The notes: generated by a model from the sequence alone, not told the origin. A stretch of 64,000 bases of DNA from Candidatus Binatia bacterium (GCA_038245295.1 JBBRSP010000032.1:1-64000); one strand, 5' to 3'; positions 1 through 9,643 are shown, numbered from the stretch's first letter. Numbers and translations are program-made.

Positions 1-91
1 CGATGGACCCCCGCCGCATGTCGCCGACTTCTTCGATCCGCCTGAGCACCTCTGCGCGTTTGCCTTCCAGCTCCTCGATCGTCCTTGCCAT
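1..91 (-). CDS. Partial (5' end only) DUF6788-like small IS-associated protein
   Basis: Minus-strand ATG at 91 with AGGAGG upstream; reads MARTIEELEGKRAEVLRRIEEVGDMRRGSI and runs off the window. 'GDMRRGSI' is typical of DUF6788 IS accessory proteins. Confidence 0.55.
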   Translation of the reverse strand, partial: MARTIEELEGKRAEVLRRIEEVGDMRRGSI

Positions 92-183
92 CCCCGCCAC
101 CTCCTCTACCAGCCTTATGTACTGGTAGAATCGTGACACAAGCAAGCCCTCGTTGCAATTACCCACATCTACGACGCACACCC
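1..183 (-). mobile_element. Probable left end of an insertion sequence (ISKra4-like)
   Basis: Minus strand begins GGGTGTGCGTCGTAGATGTGGGTAA at 183, directly upstream of the DUF6788-like ORF; resembles GGGTG(C/T)GCG-type IS termini. Transposase and other end lie outside the window. Confidence 0.4.
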
Positions 184-248
184 GAAATGACCCCACTACA
201 CAATTCAGTTTGACTCGACGAAGGATCAGCTGTATCGACAGCCGCAGA

Positions 249-332
249 ATGATTTCACGCGCTTGGTTCTATTCCTTTACCTCTTTCTTTCCTTGGCCCG
301 CGAGGGCGGCGGAGAGTTGCGTGAACGAATAG
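249..332 (+). CDS. Aromatic-amino-acid attenuator leader peptide (27 aa)
   Basis: ATG 249 to TAG 332 = MISRAWFYSFTSFFPWPARAAESCVNE; 2 Trp, 4 Phe, 1 Tyr within 11 codons; lies before a terminator and DAHP synthase. Confidence 0.85.
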   Translation: MISRAWFYSFTSFFPWPARAAESCVNE

Positions 333-355
333 AAGCAAGCGTCAGCGCACATTCC

Positions 356-394
356 AAAGCCCCGAGGGACGATCTCTCGGGGCTTTTTTGTTTT
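356..394 (+). terminator. Intrinsic terminator of the attenuator
   Basis: AAAGCCCCGAG...CTCGGGGCTTT stem followed by TTTGTTTT, between leader and DAHP synthase start. Confidence 0.9.
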
Positions 395-412
395 CGGCGA
401 TGGAGGAGAGTC

Positions 413-1480
413 ATGGAAGAGTTGTTGGATGATCGAAATGTGACCGAGTCGGTGCCCCTGGCGTCACCTCGTCAGGTCAAAGCGAGTCTGCCCGTTTCTC
501 CCACTGCGGCGGCAAACGTCCGCCGCGGGCGCGGCGCGATTCGCGATGTCCTGCACGGTCGCGACGAGCAACGTCTGGTGGTTGTGGTTGGCCCGTGCTC
601 GATTCACGATCGACGCGCCGCCTTTGAATATGCCACTCGGCTGAAGCACCTCGCCGATCAAGTTTCCGACTCCCTCGTTGTCATCATGCGCACCTACTTC
701 GAAAAGCCGCGCACCACGGTCGGCTGGAAGGGGTTGATCAACGACCCGCATCTCGACGGCTCGTGCGACATCGAGGCCGGCTTACGGTTGGCGCGCGAAG
801 TTCTCCTTGAGATCAACGACATGGGGATGCCGTGTGCCGGTGAGATGCTCGATCCGATCACGCCGCAGTATGTCGGCGACTTGATCAGTTGGGCCGCCAT
901 CGGCGCGCGGACGACGGAGAGCCAGACGCACCGTGAGCTTGCCAGCGGGTTGTCGATGCCGGTGGGTTTCAAAAATGGCACCGATGGCGGACTCGATGTT
1001 GCCCTCAACGCGATGATCTCGTCGCGCCAACCGCATAGTTTCCTGGGCATCAACGTCGAGGGTGGTGCGGCCCTGGTGCGCACGTCCGGCAATCCGGACC
1101 GTCATATCGTCCTGCGCGGCGGCAGCCGCGGAACCAACTTCGACGCGGCGAGTGTTCTCCACGCCACCGCCATGGTGCGAGGCGAGGGAATCGCGCGGCC
1201 GATCATGGTCGACTGCTCGCATGACAACTCGGCCAAAGACCACACGCGCCAGGTTGGCGTCGCCCGCATCGTCGGCGAGCAGTTCTGCAGCGGCGAGCAA
1301 TCGATCATGGGTTTGCTGATCGAGAGCCATCTCGAGGCGGGCAAGCAGACATGGAAGCCGGATCAACCGGGTCGCTACGGCGTGTCGATCACCGACGCGT
1401 GTATCGGCTGGGACGACACCGAAGCCTTGCTGCTCGAGCTGGCGGCCGGGGTGGGCGCCCGACCGCGTCGCGCCGCGTGA
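413..1480 (+). CDS. aroG: DAHP synthase, class I-alpha (AroF/G/H type)
   Basis: GPCSIHD, YFEKPRTTVGWKG, IGARTTESQTHRE, GFKNGTDG, VDCSH, SITDAC motifs; start placed at ATG 413 after GGAGG. Confidence 0.95.
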   Translation: MEELLDDRNVTESVPLASPRQVKASLPVSPTAAANVRRGRGAIRDVLHGRDEQRLVVVVGPCSIHDRRAAFEYATRLKHLADQVSDSLVVIMRTYFEKPRTTVGWKGLINDPHLDGSCDIEAGLRLAREVLLEINDMGMPCAGEMLDPITPQYVGDLISWAAIGARTTESQTHRELASGLSMPVGFKNGTDGGLDVALNAMISSRQPHSFLGINVEGGAALVRTSGNPDRHIVLRGGSRGTNFDAASVLHATAMVRGEGIARPIMVDCSHDNSAKDHTRQVGVARIVGEQFCSGEQSIMGLLIESHLEAGKQTWKPDQPGRYGVSITDACIGWDDTEALLLELAAGVGARPRRAA

Positions 1481-1576
1481 TCGTGCGAAGGCCGGGCTCG
1501 AGCCGTCTGACTTGACCGTGCGTCTACCCCAGGCATATCTCAGCATGCTTCGGCACGCCGGGCAGAGGGAGAGTGA

Positions 1577-2446
1577 GTGATGTCTGGACGACTTCAGGGA
1601 AAAGTGGCGGTGATCACCGGCGGTGCCAGCGGCATCGGGCGCGCTACCGTGTTGCGATTCCTCGACGAGGGGGCTCGCGTGGTGATCGCGGATTTCAACG
1701 CGGAGACCGGCAAGCTTGTCATGGAGGAATGCGCCAAGGCGGGCCATGCCGCCAACGTGAAGTTCATCCGAACCGACGTCGCGAAGGAATCGGATGTCGA
1801 GGCTGCCGTTAATCTTGCCGTCAGCGCCTTCGGACGTCTCGACTGCATGTTCAACAATGCCGGGGTCGCCGGCGCCTTCGGACCCATCACGCATCAGTCC
1901 GTCGAAGATTGGGACTACACATTCGGCGTCCTCGTGCGCGGCGTCTTCCTCGGCATCAAACATGCGGCGCGGGTGATGAAGGCACAGGGGCAGGGCGGTT
2001 CGATCATCAACACGGCGTCGATCGCCGGGCTCTCGGGCGGCGATGGACCGCAGGCCTACTGCGCTTCCAAAGCGGCGGTGATCAACCTGTCGCGCGCCTG
2101 TGCGGTCGAGCTTGGACCGGACCTGATCCGTGTCAATGCCATCTGCCCGGGTGGCATTCTCACTCCACTCATCCACCGCGGCAGCCCGGATGCTTTGTCG
2201 CCGATCCTGCAGCAGCTGCAACCGTGGCCGGAAGCCGGTTTGCCCGAGCATATCGCCGGTGTGGCACTGTTCCTGGCAACCGAGGACGCGCGGTTCGTTA
2301 CCGGAGCCCACATTGTTGCCGATGGTGGACTCACGGCGCAGGGCGGTAACGCGATACGCGGCCTTGGCCAGGGGCAGATGTCTCTCGCGGCGGGTGTTGA
2401 TCGCGGCACGACGGGTGAGGAGATGTCGATCCGCCTCATCGAATGA
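1577..2446 (+). CDS. Short-chain dehydrogenase/reductase
   Basis: TGGASGIG, NNAG, YxxxK (YCASK). Confidence 0.93.
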   Translation: MMSGRLQGKVAVITGGASGIGRATVLRFLDEGARVVIADFNAETGKLVMEECAKAGHAANVKFIRTDVAKESDVEAAVNLAVSAFGRLDCMFNNAGVAGAFGPITHQSVEDWDYTFGVLVRGVFLGIKHAARVMKAQGQGGSIINTASIAGLSGGDGPQAYCASKAAVINLSRACAVELGPDLIRVNAICPGGILTPLIHRGSPDALSPILQQLQPWPEAGLPEHIAGVALFLATEDARFVTGAHIVADGGLTAQGGNAIRGLGQGQMSLAAGVDRGTTGEEMSIRLIE

Positions 2447-2481
2447 CGGACCTCCTTGGAAAGAGATGAGCACTGAGCTTT

Positions 2482-2624
2482 TCCTCTCCCAGCTCGAATG
2501 GCGTCGTCGCGGCTGGGAGAGGGTCGGGGTGAGGGCGTGTTGATGGATTCAGGCCGGAATAGCTGCGCGCCCTCACCCCGACCCTCTCCCACAAATCGAA
2601 GTTCCACTCCGGGTGGGAGAGGGA
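2482..2624. repeat. Inverted pair of REP-like palindromes
   Basis: GGGAGAGGGTCGGGGTGAGGGC and its reverse complement GCCCTCACCCCGACCCTCTCCC, each with its own CCTCTCCC...GGGAGAGG hairpin. Confidence 0.8.
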
Positions 2625-2670
2625 GTGGTCGGCATCCAGTGTCCGGAGACGACCCGTGGGCGGAGACCGA

Positions 2671-3897
2671 ATGATTGCCGAACCTAACACCTGGCCCGGC
2701 GTCGACACCTCGCGAGTCCCTTTCTGGGTCTACACCGATCCCGAGGTGTACCGTCGTGAACAGGAGGCCATCTTCCGGGGGCCGTTCTGGTCGTATGTCG
2801 GTCTGGCGGCTGAGATCCCCAAGCCGGGCGACTTCAAGCGCACCAGCATCGGGGATGCCTCTGTCGTGCTGGTGCGCGATAAGGCAGGCACGTTACGCGT
2901 CGTTGCCAACCGGTGTGCGCATCGCGGCGTTGCCTTCTGCATGCAGCAACACGGCAACACGCGCGACTTCACGTGCCCGTATCATCAATGGACGTACGAT
3001 CTCACCGGCAAGCTCATTGGTGTGCCGCTGCGCAAAGGGCTCAAAGGGCAGGGCGGCATGCCCGACGACTTCCGGACCGACGAGCACAACCTGCAGCAGC
3101 TGCGGGTCTGCGAGCGCCATGGTGTCATCTTTGCCTCGTTCGACGCGCAAGCGCCGCCCTTTGAAGACTACCTGGGCGCGACGATGTTGGCTTACTTCGA
3201 TCGCGTCTTCGATGGCCGCGAGCTGCGTCTGCTCGGGTACATGCGTCAGCGTATCGACAGCAACTGGAAGTTGATGTTCGAGAACATCAAGGATCCGTAT
3301 CACGCCAGCCTGCTGCATGTGTTCCTGGTGACCTTCGGTCTTTTCCGCGCCGATCAACCGTCGGAGGTCCGCATGGACGAAAGCGGTCGGCATGCGGTGC
3401 TGGTGTCGCGGCGCGGTGAACAGAAGCCCTCGACCGACACCGGCGAGATGCGTTCCTTCCTTCCCGACTTCAAATTGCAGGATACGCGGCTGTTGGCGCC
3501 GGTGAAGGAGTTCGCCGGTGATGCCACGGTCGTCATGCAGACATTGTGGCCGAACCTCATCGTGCAGCAACAATCCAACACTCTGGCGACGCGACAGATC
3601 GTCACCTGCGGACCAGGGGCGTTCGAGCTCCATTGGACCTTCTTCGGATATGCGGATGACAGTGACGAGAGGACGCAGTTGCGTCTGCGTCAGGCCAACC
3701 TCATGGGGCCGGCTGGGTTCGTGTCGGTTGACGACAGCGAGATGATGCAGATCTCGCAATCGGGCGTAGCCGGCGCGCCGAGCGCCAACGCCGTTCTCGA
3801 ACTGGGCGGACGCGATCGCGAGGACACGCCGCATATGATCACCGAGACGGCGATCCGCGGCTTCTATCAATACTATCGCCGGGTGATGGGACTGTGA
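2671..3897 (+). CDS. Rieske ring-hydroxylating oxygenase alpha subunit (salicylate hydroxylase NagG-like)
   Basis: CAHRG...CPYHQW Rieske site; NWKLMFENIKDPYHASLLH mononuclear Fe site; NLMGPAGFVSVDD. Confidence 0.9.
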   Translation: MIAEPNTWPGVDTSRVPFWVYTDPEVYRREQEAIFRGPFWSYVGLAAEIPKPGDFKRTSIGDASVVLVRDKAGTLRVVANRCAHRGVAFCMQQHGNTRDFTCPYHQWTYDLTGKLIGVPLRKGLKGQGGMPDDFRTDEHNLQQLRVCERHGVIFASFDAQAPPFEDYLGATMLAYFDRVFDGRELRLLGYMRQRIDSNWKLMFENIKDPYHASLLHVFLVTFGLFRADQPSEVRMDESGRHAVLVSRRGEQKPSTDTGEMRSFLPDFKLQDTRLLAPVKEFAGDATVVMQTLWPNLIVQQQSNTLATRQIVTCGPGAFELHWTFFGYADDSDERTQLRLRQANLMGPAGFVSVDDSEMMQISQSGVAGAPSANAVLELGGRDREDTPHMITETAIRGFYQYYRRVMGL

Positions 3898-4379
3898 GCG
3901 CGATGGAAGAGCGTTGGCGAATACGCCTCGAGGTCGAAGAGCTCTACGCCGAATATGCGGCCTGTCTCGATGGCGATCGACTCGAACACTGGCCAGAGCT
4001 GTTCACCGACGAGTGCGTCTACAAGGTCATGCCGCGCGAAAACTTCGAACGCGGCTTCCCCCTGGCGCTCATCTATTGTGAGAGTCGAGGCATGTTGCGG
4101 GATCGGGCGGCGGCGCTGCGCAAGACGTCGGTGTACGCCCCACGCTCGATCCGCCACATGATCACCGGCATCCAACTCGTCGAGAGCGCCCCGGAGACGG
4201 TGCGCTGCGAGGCAAACTTCGCGGTCTTCGAAACCCCGCGTGGCGGGTCGACGCAGATTCTTAGCGTTGGGCGGTCTTTCGATCGGCTGGAACGTGAGAA
4301 CGGAACTCTGCGCTTCCGCGAACGCATCTGCGTCTTCGATACCGAGATGGTGCCAGGGTCGCTGGTATTCCCGTTGTGA
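3894..4379 (+). CDS. Ring-hydroxylating oxygenase beta subunit
   Basis: NTF2-like LEHWPELFTDECVYKVMPREN; GTGA overlap with the alpha subunit. Confidence 0.9.
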   Translation: MSAMEERWRIRLEVEELYAEYAACLDGDRLEHWPELFTDECVYKVMPRENFERGFPLALIYCESRGMLRDRAAALRKTSVYAPRSIRHMITGIQLVESAPETVRCEANFAVFETPRGGSTQILSVGRSFDRLERENGTLRFRERICVFDTEMVPGSLVFPL

Positions 4380-4574
4380 GAGAACTCCCGGCGAAGGCCT
4401 TCAAACGAGCTCAAGGGGCGTCGTCCCGGCGCAAGAGACTGTCGATAAACCGGTAAACTCGGCTTCGCCGGGCTCAGCCTGAGCGGTTGCTGTGTTGAAC
4501 CTTGCAGATGTTTTGCCGCTCACCCTGAGCCGGCTTTGCACGTAAATTCGACGATCAACCAGCGCTCAGCTCAC

Positions 4575-4597
4575 CGCAGGCTGAAGCCTGCGCCTAC
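4575..4597. repeat. GTAG-type REP palindrome
   Basis: CGCAGGCTGAAGCCTGCGCCTAC; near-identical copies at 36221 and 47466. Confidence 0.8.
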
Positions 4598-4722
4598 CAC
4601 GCTGATACGCTAGCGAAGTGGAAACCGGCAACGCGAATTGCCGTGCAAAGCCGCCTCGCCGGCGGATCGATTCGCCGAGTCGAGGGCAGGCATTGCCAGC
4701 AATGCCTGCCCTCGAGCTGCGA

Positions 4723-5757
4723 TCAGTTGTGCACAGTCTGATGTGTGGTCGCACTCGTCGACAACCGTCGTTGCCTCACCGTCGTCGGTCGGCGCGCCAG
4801 GTTGTTCGTCGTGTCGGTATCCGCTGCGTACGTCAGCGTCGCGCTGTTGGTCACCGTCGGGAAGGCGTTGGTGCCGACCGAGACGACCAGCGTGATGGAC
4901 GAGGAGGATAAAGCGTCCAGGGCGGTCAAGCGGTCACACGTCACGACCTGACCAGCCGCACTGCAGCTCCAATCGGTACCGGTCGCCGACACGAAGCCCA
5001 GACTGGTCGGCAAGTTGTCGATGACGGTGAGGTCGCCGTTGGTGGCGAGACCGCCGAGGTTGGTGACCGTCAGGGTGTAGGTGCCGTTGTTGCCGACGCT
5101 GAACGGACCGAAGGTTGTCTTGCCGAGGGAGACGTCCGTCTTGTTGAGTTGCGGTGTCCTGGTGGCGGTTGCCGTCTTCACGGTTGTTGGTGTCAGTGTG
5201 CGCGTTGGCGTCAGGGTTGGACCGCCAGGGCTTGGTGTAGCAGTGGCGGGAACCGGGCTGCCGGTACGCGTCGGGGTGAAGGTCGGACCACGCTGACCGC
5301 GCACACTATTGGTACGCGAAGTGGAATTGTTCCCGCTGTTGGTATCGCCGTCGTAGGACACCGTGAAGACGGTTGTAACACTCGGTACCGCCGAACCATC
5401 GACGTTTACGAGTAGGCTTACGGCCAGCGTCGTCGAAGCCGAGAGCGAATCCGGATTGGAGCAGCTCAAGTTCAGGCCGGCGCTGCTGCATGTCCAGCCG
5501 CTGCTGATCGATTGAAACGACAGGCCCGTTCCCAGAGCGGCGTTCAGTGTGATCGGAGCGTTGGTTGCGTTGGGCCCCTGATTGACGACCGACAACGTGT
5601 AGCGGCCCGGAAGGCCGACGGAGAAGGTGACCGACGTGGCGCGCACCTTCAGGTCTGCGGCGGCGGCGCCCGGAATCGGCGTATTGGCGCGCGCGAGACC
5701 GGCGAGCGCGACGGTGATGAATGAAGCGAGAAAAAACGTGCGAGTTGCTGAACGCAT
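4723..5757 (-). CDS. Secreted protein with two DUF11-like Ig domains joined by a Pro/Thr linker
   Basis: Signal peptide; two YTLxVxNxG...WxCS...DTN/DTTNN repeats; PTFTPTRT...TPTRTLTPT linker. Confidence 0.8.
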   Translation of the reverse strand: MRSATRTFFLASFITVALAGLARANTPIPGAAAADLKVRATSVTFSVGLPGRYTLSVVNQGPNATNAPITLNAALGTGLSFQSISSGWTCSSAGLNLSCSNPDSLSASTTLAVSLLVNVDGSAVPSVTTVFTVSYDGDTNSGNNSTSRTNSVRGQRGPTFTPTRTGSPVPATATPSPGGPTLTPTRTLTPTTVKTATATRTPQLNKTDVSLGKTTFGPFSVGNNGTYTLTVTNLGGLATNGDLTVIDNLPTSLGFVSATGTDWSCSAAGQVVTCDRLTALDALSSSSITLVVSVGTNAFPTVTNSATLTYAADTDTTNNLARRPTTVRQRRLSTSATTHQTVHN

Positions 5758-5845
5758 AACCTACTCCTCTTTTGTGGGCGGACCGGGGGGGGCTGTTGCC
5801 TGACTATAGGCCGGGGTGTCGCGAATACAAGAAACTATTCGGTGA

Positions 5846-6847
5846 CTACCCATCCTCGCGATCCGCCTGCGTGAGTAATGTGCGAACGGTCTCGAGGCCG
5901 CCACCGCGGCGCCACATGTAACAAGAGTCGGCCTGCGCGATGAGGCCAGGGTGACGAGGTGCCGACAGCACTTGCGCCAGCCACCTGTCGGGGAAGGAAG
6001 CCCGGCACTGAATCAGGGCGGGGCCGAGCATGAGGAAGGCGTCGCGCGCCACGGGCTCGGAGGCCAGCCGGCGGTTGATCTCAGCGCTACCACCCCGACC
6101 GAGATTCAACCCCAGCAAGGTGTTGAACGTGGCCGGTTCCTCCCAGGTTAGAACGGCAAAAGAAGCGGCGCTGCGTCGCCGTTGCGCCGCTTTGATCCCC
6201 TGGATCTCCGCCGGCCAGCCGCCAAGCATTACCTCGGCGCGGACTTCGACGTGCTCGAGTAGTGTCTCGGCGGGTAAGGTGGGGGTTTGGGGAGCGAGGG
6301 CCACGAGCTCCGACAGCTGCAAGGCCATCGACATTGCCTGCTCGTCGACCTCATTGCCGTCGATGACCAGATCCCGCTGCACGGTCCAGGCGCCATCCAC
6401 CTCGCGGCGCGTGTCGCGGTGCGTCGCCACGGAGGCCAAGGCGAACTGCGCCAGGGCCAACAGGTGAGAGCAGCCGAGCGGCCCACCGAAGGTTTCCCGC
6501 AGGCTGCTGGCGAGAGCGTCTTCCACACGACAACCGATCAGATTCGCCAACCGTACACTTGGGTCACGACAGCTCTCGCCGGCGCTCGCCTCGTTGGCTT
6601 CGAAGGCGACAGTCGGCTGTGGCGCCGCAATACTGAGGATCTCGCCGGTGCGGCGATCGACGCTCAGCTCGATCTCCATGTGATGGATGATGCCGCTCCC
6701 TTGGAGGGCGCTGCCGACGGGTACGAAGCCACGTTTGCGCAAGTCGAGCAAATAGCCGCGGGCTCGCAAGGTGTCGCCGTCGTCGATCGCCAAACGTACC
6801 TGCAGAGCCCGGGTGTGGATCGGATGGCCGTGTTGGTCGATGTGCAT
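5846..6847 (-). CDS. DUF2889-like protein
   Basis: PIHTR, IIHHM, ESCR, GPLGCSHL, DSCYMW motifs. Confidence 0.65.
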   Translation of the reverse strand: MHIDQHGHPIHTRALQVRLAIDDGDTLRARGYLLDLRKRGFVPVGSALQGSGIIHHMEIELSVDRRTGEILSIAAPQPTVAFEANEASAGESCRDPSVRLANLIGCRVEDALASSLRETFGGPLGCSHLLALAQFALASVATHRDTRREVDGAWTVQRDLVIDGNEVDEQAMSMALQLSELVALAPQTPTLPAETLLEHVEVRAEVMLGGWPAEIQGIKAAQRRRSAASFAVLTWEEPATFNTLLGLNLGRGGSAEINRRLASEPVARDAFLMLGPALIQCRASFPDRWLAQVLSAPRHPGLIAQADSCYMWRRGGGLETVRTLLTQADREDG

Positions 6848-6918
6848 TGGTGATGCGTCTACCTCAGGAGCGCGCCCGGATCATCTGGCCATTTGGTCAT
6901 TTGGGTCGGCAGCCGCCC

Positions 6919-8598
6919 CTAATGCGGCATCGTACGTGCCGGGTAGTCCTTCGGGTTGTGGTCGCTGCCATGGCAGGTGAGGGCGCAGCGGCCGCTTCCG
7001 GTGCCGAGCTCGGTGTACTCGAGTTGTCCGCTACTGGACGGCGTGACGACTTGTTTGCTGGTGAGATCGCGACTCATGAAGTTGATCAGGTGCGCGTTGC
7101 GCCGCGAGCCATGGGCGTCATGGCACACGGCGCAGCTGGCTCCCTGTTCGACGACGTGCTGCCGGTGCGGGAACCCGTCGGGGCGGTTCAACAGCGTGTT
7201 GCGATCGTGGCAGCCGTAGCACAGCGCATACAGTTGGTACGACTCGGGACCGCTCGTCGCGTCGAAGTGATACTCGGCAGCAAGAATCGGCCGGTAGTTC
7301 GAGCCGTGCGGACCGCGCGGCGCCGCACTGCCGAAGGGCGCCGCGGCATCGTTGTTGTGGCAGGCGATGCAGAGCGTCCGGCTTGCGGCACTGAGTGATG
7401 GTAGCAGCCCCTGGATCGTCGAGTTGCGTCCGACATCGGCGACCGGATGAAACGACGGATTGCGCGGATCGATCTGCAGCCGAACGTTGCTTACCTGGTC
7501 GACACGGTAGACGATCGGGTCGCGGTCCTCGGTGACACCGTGGCACTTGAGGCACACTTCGTACTCGAACGTAGCTTCCCGCAGGAAAGTACCGCCGATA
7601 CTGATTCCCGAGACGCCAGTCAGCGGGCCCGGCAGTTGGCCGGCCGGCGCCGTACTGCGCGCCTGGTGGGGGTTGTGGCAATCGACGCACTCCACGTGCG
7701 GTGGCATGAAATTGGGGTTCTCGATTGGATCGTGGACATCGGTGAAACGATCGACGCGGTGGGCACTGAGCTTGTACGATTCGCGCCGCAAGTCTTTGGC
7801 GGCACTGCGCCCGTCGTGGCAGTCGAGGCAGACCGCTTCCTCGGTTGGCGCCGTCAGCAGCCGTTTGGGGTGCGGCGCCGCGTGTGAGCGATGGCAACTG
7901 AAGCAGCCGTTCTGTCCCACCGTAGCCTGGGCGGTTCCAGGCACGGCGCTCGCCTGCCCGGCACTCGCCGAGGATGTTGCGTGTGCCGACTCCTGCCAGT
8001 GCGGCAGCTTGTGACAGGTGACGCAGAGCCCGGAGTACGCCGGGTCGGTGACCAGAAACTTGGGATGGCGGTCGAGGTGCGCGTCGTGGCAGCTGGTGCA
8101 CTGCATCTGCCGGGTGTCGTCGAGGCGCACGTTGCCGGTCAGGCTCGACGGGCTGACGAGCTCGCGCCGTCGCGTCGCCAGTGACTGGTCGTAGACGAAG
8201 GAGACCGGATGGTCGTCGGACAGATCGGTGCCGAGCGTCGAGTCGGCGTCACCCTTGATTCCGCCCTTGGCGATCACGCCGTCGTGACACGATAGGCACA
8301 AACGTGAGCTGCCGGTCGGTTGCTGAACCTGCGCTTGCGTCGTGCTGCTCTCGTAGAGCTTGTAGATGACCGGTGCCAATTCCTGATTCCACAAGCCGCG
8401 CTGGGCGGCGGCGCTGTGGGGCGTGTGACAGAAGAAGCAGAGGTCGTCCCGACCAGACATCGGGACCGAGCGACCTGCGGCGGCGACTCCGCCGCGACGC
8501 GGACTGAGGTTGTGTGGTGTTTCGCGCAAGCCCGCCGAAGCGGTCAACGGGAGAACCGACACGACGATGACGACAAGCCGCCGGGCGACGCGTTTCAC
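6919..8598 (-). CDS. Multiheme cytochrome c (11 CxxCH + 1 Cx3CH); OmcE-like N-terminal tetraheme domain plus an 8-heme domain
   Basis: Signal peptide; CFFCH, CLSCH, CTSCH, CVTCH, CFSCH, CLDCH, CVDCH, CLKCH, CIACH, CYGCH, CAVCH, CALTCH. Confidence 0.92.
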   Translation of the reverse strand: MKRVARRLVVIVVSVLPLTASAGLRETPHNLSPRRGGVAAAGRSVPMSGRDDLCFFCHTPHSAAAQRGLWNQELAPVIYKLYESSTTQAQVQQPTGSSRLCLSCHDGVIAKGGIKGDADSTLGTDLSDDHPVSFVYDQSLATRRRELVSPSSLTGNVRLDDTRQMQCTSCHDAHLDRHPKFLVTDPAYSGLCVTCHKLPHWQESAHATSSASAGQASAVPGTAQATVGQNGCFSCHRSHAAPHPKRLLTAPTEEAVCLDCHDGRSAAKDLRRESYKLSAHRVDRFTDVHDPIENPNFMPPHVECVDCHNPHQARSTAPAGQLPGPLTGVSGISIGGTFLREATFEYEVCLKCHGVTEDRDPIVYRVDQVSNVRLQIDPRNPSFHPVADVGRNSTIQGLLPSLSAASRTLCIACHNNDAAAPFGSAAPRGPHGSNYRPILAAEYHFDATSGPESYQLYALCYGCHDRNTLLNRPDGFPHRQHVVEQGASCAVCHDAHGSRRNAHLINFMSRDLTSKQVVTPSSSGQLEYTELGTGSGRCALTCHGSDHNPKDYPARTMPH

Positions 8599-9635
8599 GA
8601 TGCACCCCCAAGCGAGCGAAATATCTGGACGCGTTGATTGTAGGTGTCGACGACGTAGATGCGGTCGCCATCGACGGCCAGGCCCGACGGGAGCCAGAAC
8701 TGACCGGGGTCGTGACCGCGGCCGCCGAATACCATGAGGTAGCGGCCGTCCCCGTCGAACAGCTGGACGGCATCGAAGAGAGCGTCGACAAGGTAGACGT
8801 GTCCGGCCGCATCCACGCCGATGCCCTTGGGCCGGGCGAGTTCACCGGAGCCATCACCCTGCTGACCGAAGACCCCGAGGCAGCGGCCATCGGGGTCGAA
8901 GCGCTGGACGCGAAAGTTGAGCCCGTCGGTGACATAGAGAGTGCCGCCGGCATCGACGGCCATCCAGGTCGGAAAATTGAATTCCCCCGGAGCCGCGCCG
9001 CGTTCGCCAAAACGCAACTGCAGCGCGCCCTGCGGATCGAAGACCAGGACCTGATGCTTGCCGCTGTCACTCACGTACAACCGCGAACGCGTGGCGTCGG
9101 CGGCGAGACCCGCCGGGCGCGCCCCTTTCTCCAGATCCCAGCCGCCGACGCACTCACCGTCCGCGTCGAAACTGTCGATGCGGCCGCGCGCCGCGTCGGC
9201 AACGAAGAGGCGCTGCCCGAGAAACGCCACGGCGACCGGCTCAGCGAATTTGCTCGCATCGCAGCTGGTAAGCGAGTGGGCTTTTTGCGCCGTCAGATCA
9301 TAGAGCTGCACACGCGCCGCACCCGGATCCGCCACCGCGATGCGTCGCGCGTCTACGGCGACTCCGGTTGGACGCACGATCTCAGGATCGTCGGCACCAC
9401 CAACAAGGGTGGCGAGCCGCGACCACAGGGACGGTTTGATGCCGAGATCGGCCGCGCCACCGAACGCGGAGACCCACTCGACGCGCGCCTGGTCGGGCGG
9501 AGAAGGCCACACGAGCCGCACCGCCTCGACGCCCGGGCGGCCGGCGTCCCCCCAGTGACAGGATGCCACTAGGCTGGCGAGCAAGGGCACGAGGATCAGG
9601 AGGCGCTGCCGCCAGAGTCGACGTTCGGTACCCAT
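8595..9635 (-). CDS. NHL-repeat six-bladed beta-propeller lipoprotein
   Basis: Lipobox LVASC; WPSPPDQARV; repeated PxGxAVD / FNFPT / RPKGIGVD blades. Confidence 0.88.
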   Translation of the reverse strand: MGTERRLWRQRLLILVPLLASLVASCHWGDAGRPGVEAVRLVWPSPPDQARVEWVSAFGGAADLGIKPSLWSRLATLVGGADDPEIVRPTGVAVDARRIAVADPGAARVQLYDLTAQKAHSLTSCDASKFAEPVAVAFLGQRLFVADAARGRIDSFDADGECVGGWDLEKGARPAGLAADATRSRLYVSDSGKHQVLVFDPQGALQLRFGERGAAPGEFNFPTWMAVDAGGTLYVTDGLNFRVQRFDPDGRCLGVFGQQGDGSGELARPKGIGVDAAGHVYLVDALFDAVQLFDGDGRYLMVFGGRGHDPGQFWLPSGLAVDGDRIYVVDTYNQRVQIFRSLGGAS

Positions 9636-9643
9636 ACGAGTTC

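Noticed and set aside
263..412. 50-aa N-terminal extension of the DAHP synthase ORF
   Set aside because: It runs through the leader and terminator; the real start is ATG 413 with a GGAGG RBS.
782..2473. Long antisense or alternate-frame ORFs (also 10478-11686, 12588-14024, 20870-22270, 36950-38326, 39503-40897)
   Set aside because: Shadow frames of well-supported genes, expected at high GC; no motifs.
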